A stretch of 32,000 nucleotides of DNA from Clostridium collagenovorans DSM 3089 (GTDB lineage Bacteria; Bacillota; Clostridia; Clostridiales; Clostridiaceae), in the NCBI RefSeq assembly GCF_900130005.1, contig NZ_FQXP01000003.1, positions 59,643 to 91,642 of the forward strand, read 5' to 3'. Each line of letters starts with the position of its first letter. Positions within the stretch are counted from its first letter, which is position 1. Shown piece by piece: positions 30,411 through 32,000 of this stretch. The translations under genes were made by a program, and so were the position numbers. The notes below the pieces were generated by a model, which was not told the origin of the DNA, searched no databases, and saw only the letters and a list, made by a program, of their open reading frames with translations.

Positions 30411-32000
30411 ATGAAAAAGAAACTTATAATGATGCTATTTGCAATTTCTATATGTACTAGTGTTGTAGGTTGCACAAAAAATGAAAACACAAAAAATATA
30501 GATAATACTTCAGCAATAAGCGAAAACAATGAAGCTAATGAAGTGGATACCACGATTCAATTAGGTGATGAAATAATTATAAATGGTGATGGTGCAGTAG
30601 CAGAAAATAATAAAGTTAAAATTACATCATCAGGTACTTATGAAATAAGTGGAAAATTAGAAGAGGGACAGATAATTGTAGAAGCAGGAGATGAAGATAA
30701 TGTTGACATTATATTAAATGGAGCTGAGGTAAGTTGCTCTAATAGTTCACCTATTTATATTAAAAATGCAAAGAATGCAAGTATTAAATTATTAGAAGGC
30801 ACAGAAAGTAAAGTAACTGATGGAGCTAACTATGTTCTAGAGGATACAGAAAAAAATGAACCTGATGCAGCAATCTTTAGCAAATGTGACTTGAAGATAA
30901 AGGGTACGGGTTCTTTAATTGTTGACGCAAATTATAATAATGGAATAGCAAGCAAAGATGATTTAGAAATTAAAAATGGAAATATTACGGTTACAGCAAT
31001 TAATGACGCAATAAGGGGAAGGGATTCAATAGTAGTAACTGAAGGTGTATTTAACATAAACTCTGGTGGAGATGCGATGGAGTCTAATAATGATGAGGAT
31101 GCCGAAAGAGGATATATAACAATCGATGGTGGAAAGTTTAATATAAATACATCTTCAAAGGATATAGCTACACAAAGTTCTAAAGGAATAAAAGCTATTA
31201 CTAAAATCACAATTAATAATGGAGAATTTGAAATTAATTCTGCTGATGATGGAATCCATTCTAATGGAACTATAGAGGTTAATGGAGGAAATATTAATAT
31301 TTCTTCAGGTGATGATGGAATACATGCTGATTCAACTTTAGATATTAATGATGGAAACATAAATATTTTTAAGTCTTATGAGGGATTAGAGAGTGAAACA
31401 ATAAATATAAATAATGGGAATATATGTATAGTAGCTAGTGATGATGGTATAAATGCATCAGGAGGCAATGATGGTTCTGCTATGAATGGTAGACCAGGGC
31501 AAAATAAATTTCAAGGAGCAGGAAAAGGAGCTATTAATATTAATGGTGGTTATGTTTATGTGAATGCGAATGGTGATGGCATTGATGCAAATGGTTCAAT
31601 TTCTATGAGTAATGGAACTGTTATTGTAAATGGACCAGAGGATAATGGTAATGGGGCTTTAGATTATGATGGAAGCTTTGATATGAAGGGCGGGATTTTA
31701 GTAGCAGCAGGAAGTTTAGGAATGGCACAAAGTCCAAGTACATCCTCTACTCAAAACTCTGTTAATATAATGCTGAAGCAGCAAGCAGCCAATACTTTAA
31801 TTCACATTGAAAATGAGAATGGAGCAGAGCTTCTAACTTTTGCGCCAAGTAAGACATATCAATCAGTAGTTATATGTTCTCCGGAAATTAAAATGGGAGA
31901 AAGTTACAAAGTTTATCTTGGAGGAACGTCAACAGGAGCTTTAAAGGATGGAGTTTATTCTAATGGAAAGTATTCAGGAGGTACAGAAAAACTAAGCTTT
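30411..32000 (+). CDS. Lipoprotein with a Cthe_2159-like (DUF4353) beta-helix carbohydrate-binding repeat domain, 3'-truncated by the window edge
   Basis: The ORF is open from ATG 30411 (AAGGAGG 7 nt upstream) to the window end, 530 codons. It has a signal peptide with lipobox SVVGC. Repeats of type NGGxInIxSxDDGIHA/DGIDANGS are present. It is absent from the ORF track only because it has no stop in the window. Confidence 0.8.
   Translation, partial: MKKKLIMMLFAISICTSVVGCTKNENTKNIDNTSAISENNEANEVDTTIQLGDEIIINGDGAVAENNKVKITSSGTYEISGKLEEGQIIVEAGDEDNVDIILNGAEVSCSNSSPIYIKNAKNASIKLLEGTESKVTDGANYVLEDTEKNEPDAAIFSKCDLKIKGTGSLIVDANYNNGIASKDDLEIKNGNITVTAINDAIRGRDSIVVTEGVFNINSGGDAMESNNDEDAERGYITIDGGKFNINTSSKDIATQSSKGIKAITKITINNGEFEINSADDGIHSNGTIEVNGGNINISSGDDGIHADSTLDINDGNINIFKSYEGLESETININNGNICIVASDDGINASGGNDGSAMNGRPGQNKFQGAGKGAININGGYVYVNANGDGIDANGSISMSNGTVIVNGPEDNGNGALDYDGSFDMKGGILVAAGSLGMAQSPSTSSTQNSVNIMLKQQAANTLIHIENENGAELLTFAPSKTYQSVVICSPEIKMGESYKVYLGGTSTGALKDGVYSNGKYSGGTEKLSF

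Noticed and set aside
30362-31360. Track ORFs 30362-30553(-) and 30932-31360(-)
   Set aside because: They are antisense to the 530-codon open plus-strand lipoprotein frame starting at 30411. Their Ser/Ile/Pro-rich composition is the mirror image of the Asp/Gly/Asn repeat gene.

Overview
AT-rich, Clostridium-like (low-GC Firmicute) chromosomal window with about 32 protein genes. I saw no rRNA, tRNA, CRISPR array or intact mobile element. Content in order: (1) A sulfur/selenium block: a sigma-54 enhancer-binding activator, enhancer sites and a -24/-12 promoter, the cysteine desulfidase cdsB, a convergent class-V cysteine desulfurase, yedE with a TusA-like gene and DUF3343, then msrAB. (2) A textbook T-box leader sits 315 nt upstream of an atypical MetRS paralogue. 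(3) An orphan lantibiotic-immunity cassette (ABC F/E/G plus response regulator and kinase) starts 1 nt after the metG terminator. (4) A run of small accessory genes: LbH transferase, AAC(6')-Ie-like GNAT, membrane XRE regulator, DIP1984, XRE-DUF5680, SEC-C Map, ClbS-like, Fes-like esterase and LuxR-DUF2087. (5) An envelope-type island: VanZ, a methyltransferase with a VanRS-like two-component system, and a TVP38/DedA-like gene. (6) A FusB-family EF-G-binding gene lies behind a small HTH gene and a Cys-containing leader ORF. (7) A 5'-partial Cthe_2159-like lipoprotein gene that is missing from the ORF track. The best leads are listed here. First, the T-box specifier register reads ACA rather than AUG, and the MetRS-like enzyme behind it lacks a canonical KMSKS. 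Second, a two-tier terminator and leader-peptide arrangement precedes the FusB-like gene. Third, an identical 20-nt tandem-repeat operator is shared by the VanRS-like operon and the TVP38 gene. Fourth, the immunity-operon RBS and likely promoter are embedded in the metG terminator. Fifth, a 61-nt relic copy of the msrA 3' end lies 17 kb from msrAB. All homology statements come from by-eye motif recognition and recalled family sequences, not from database searches.
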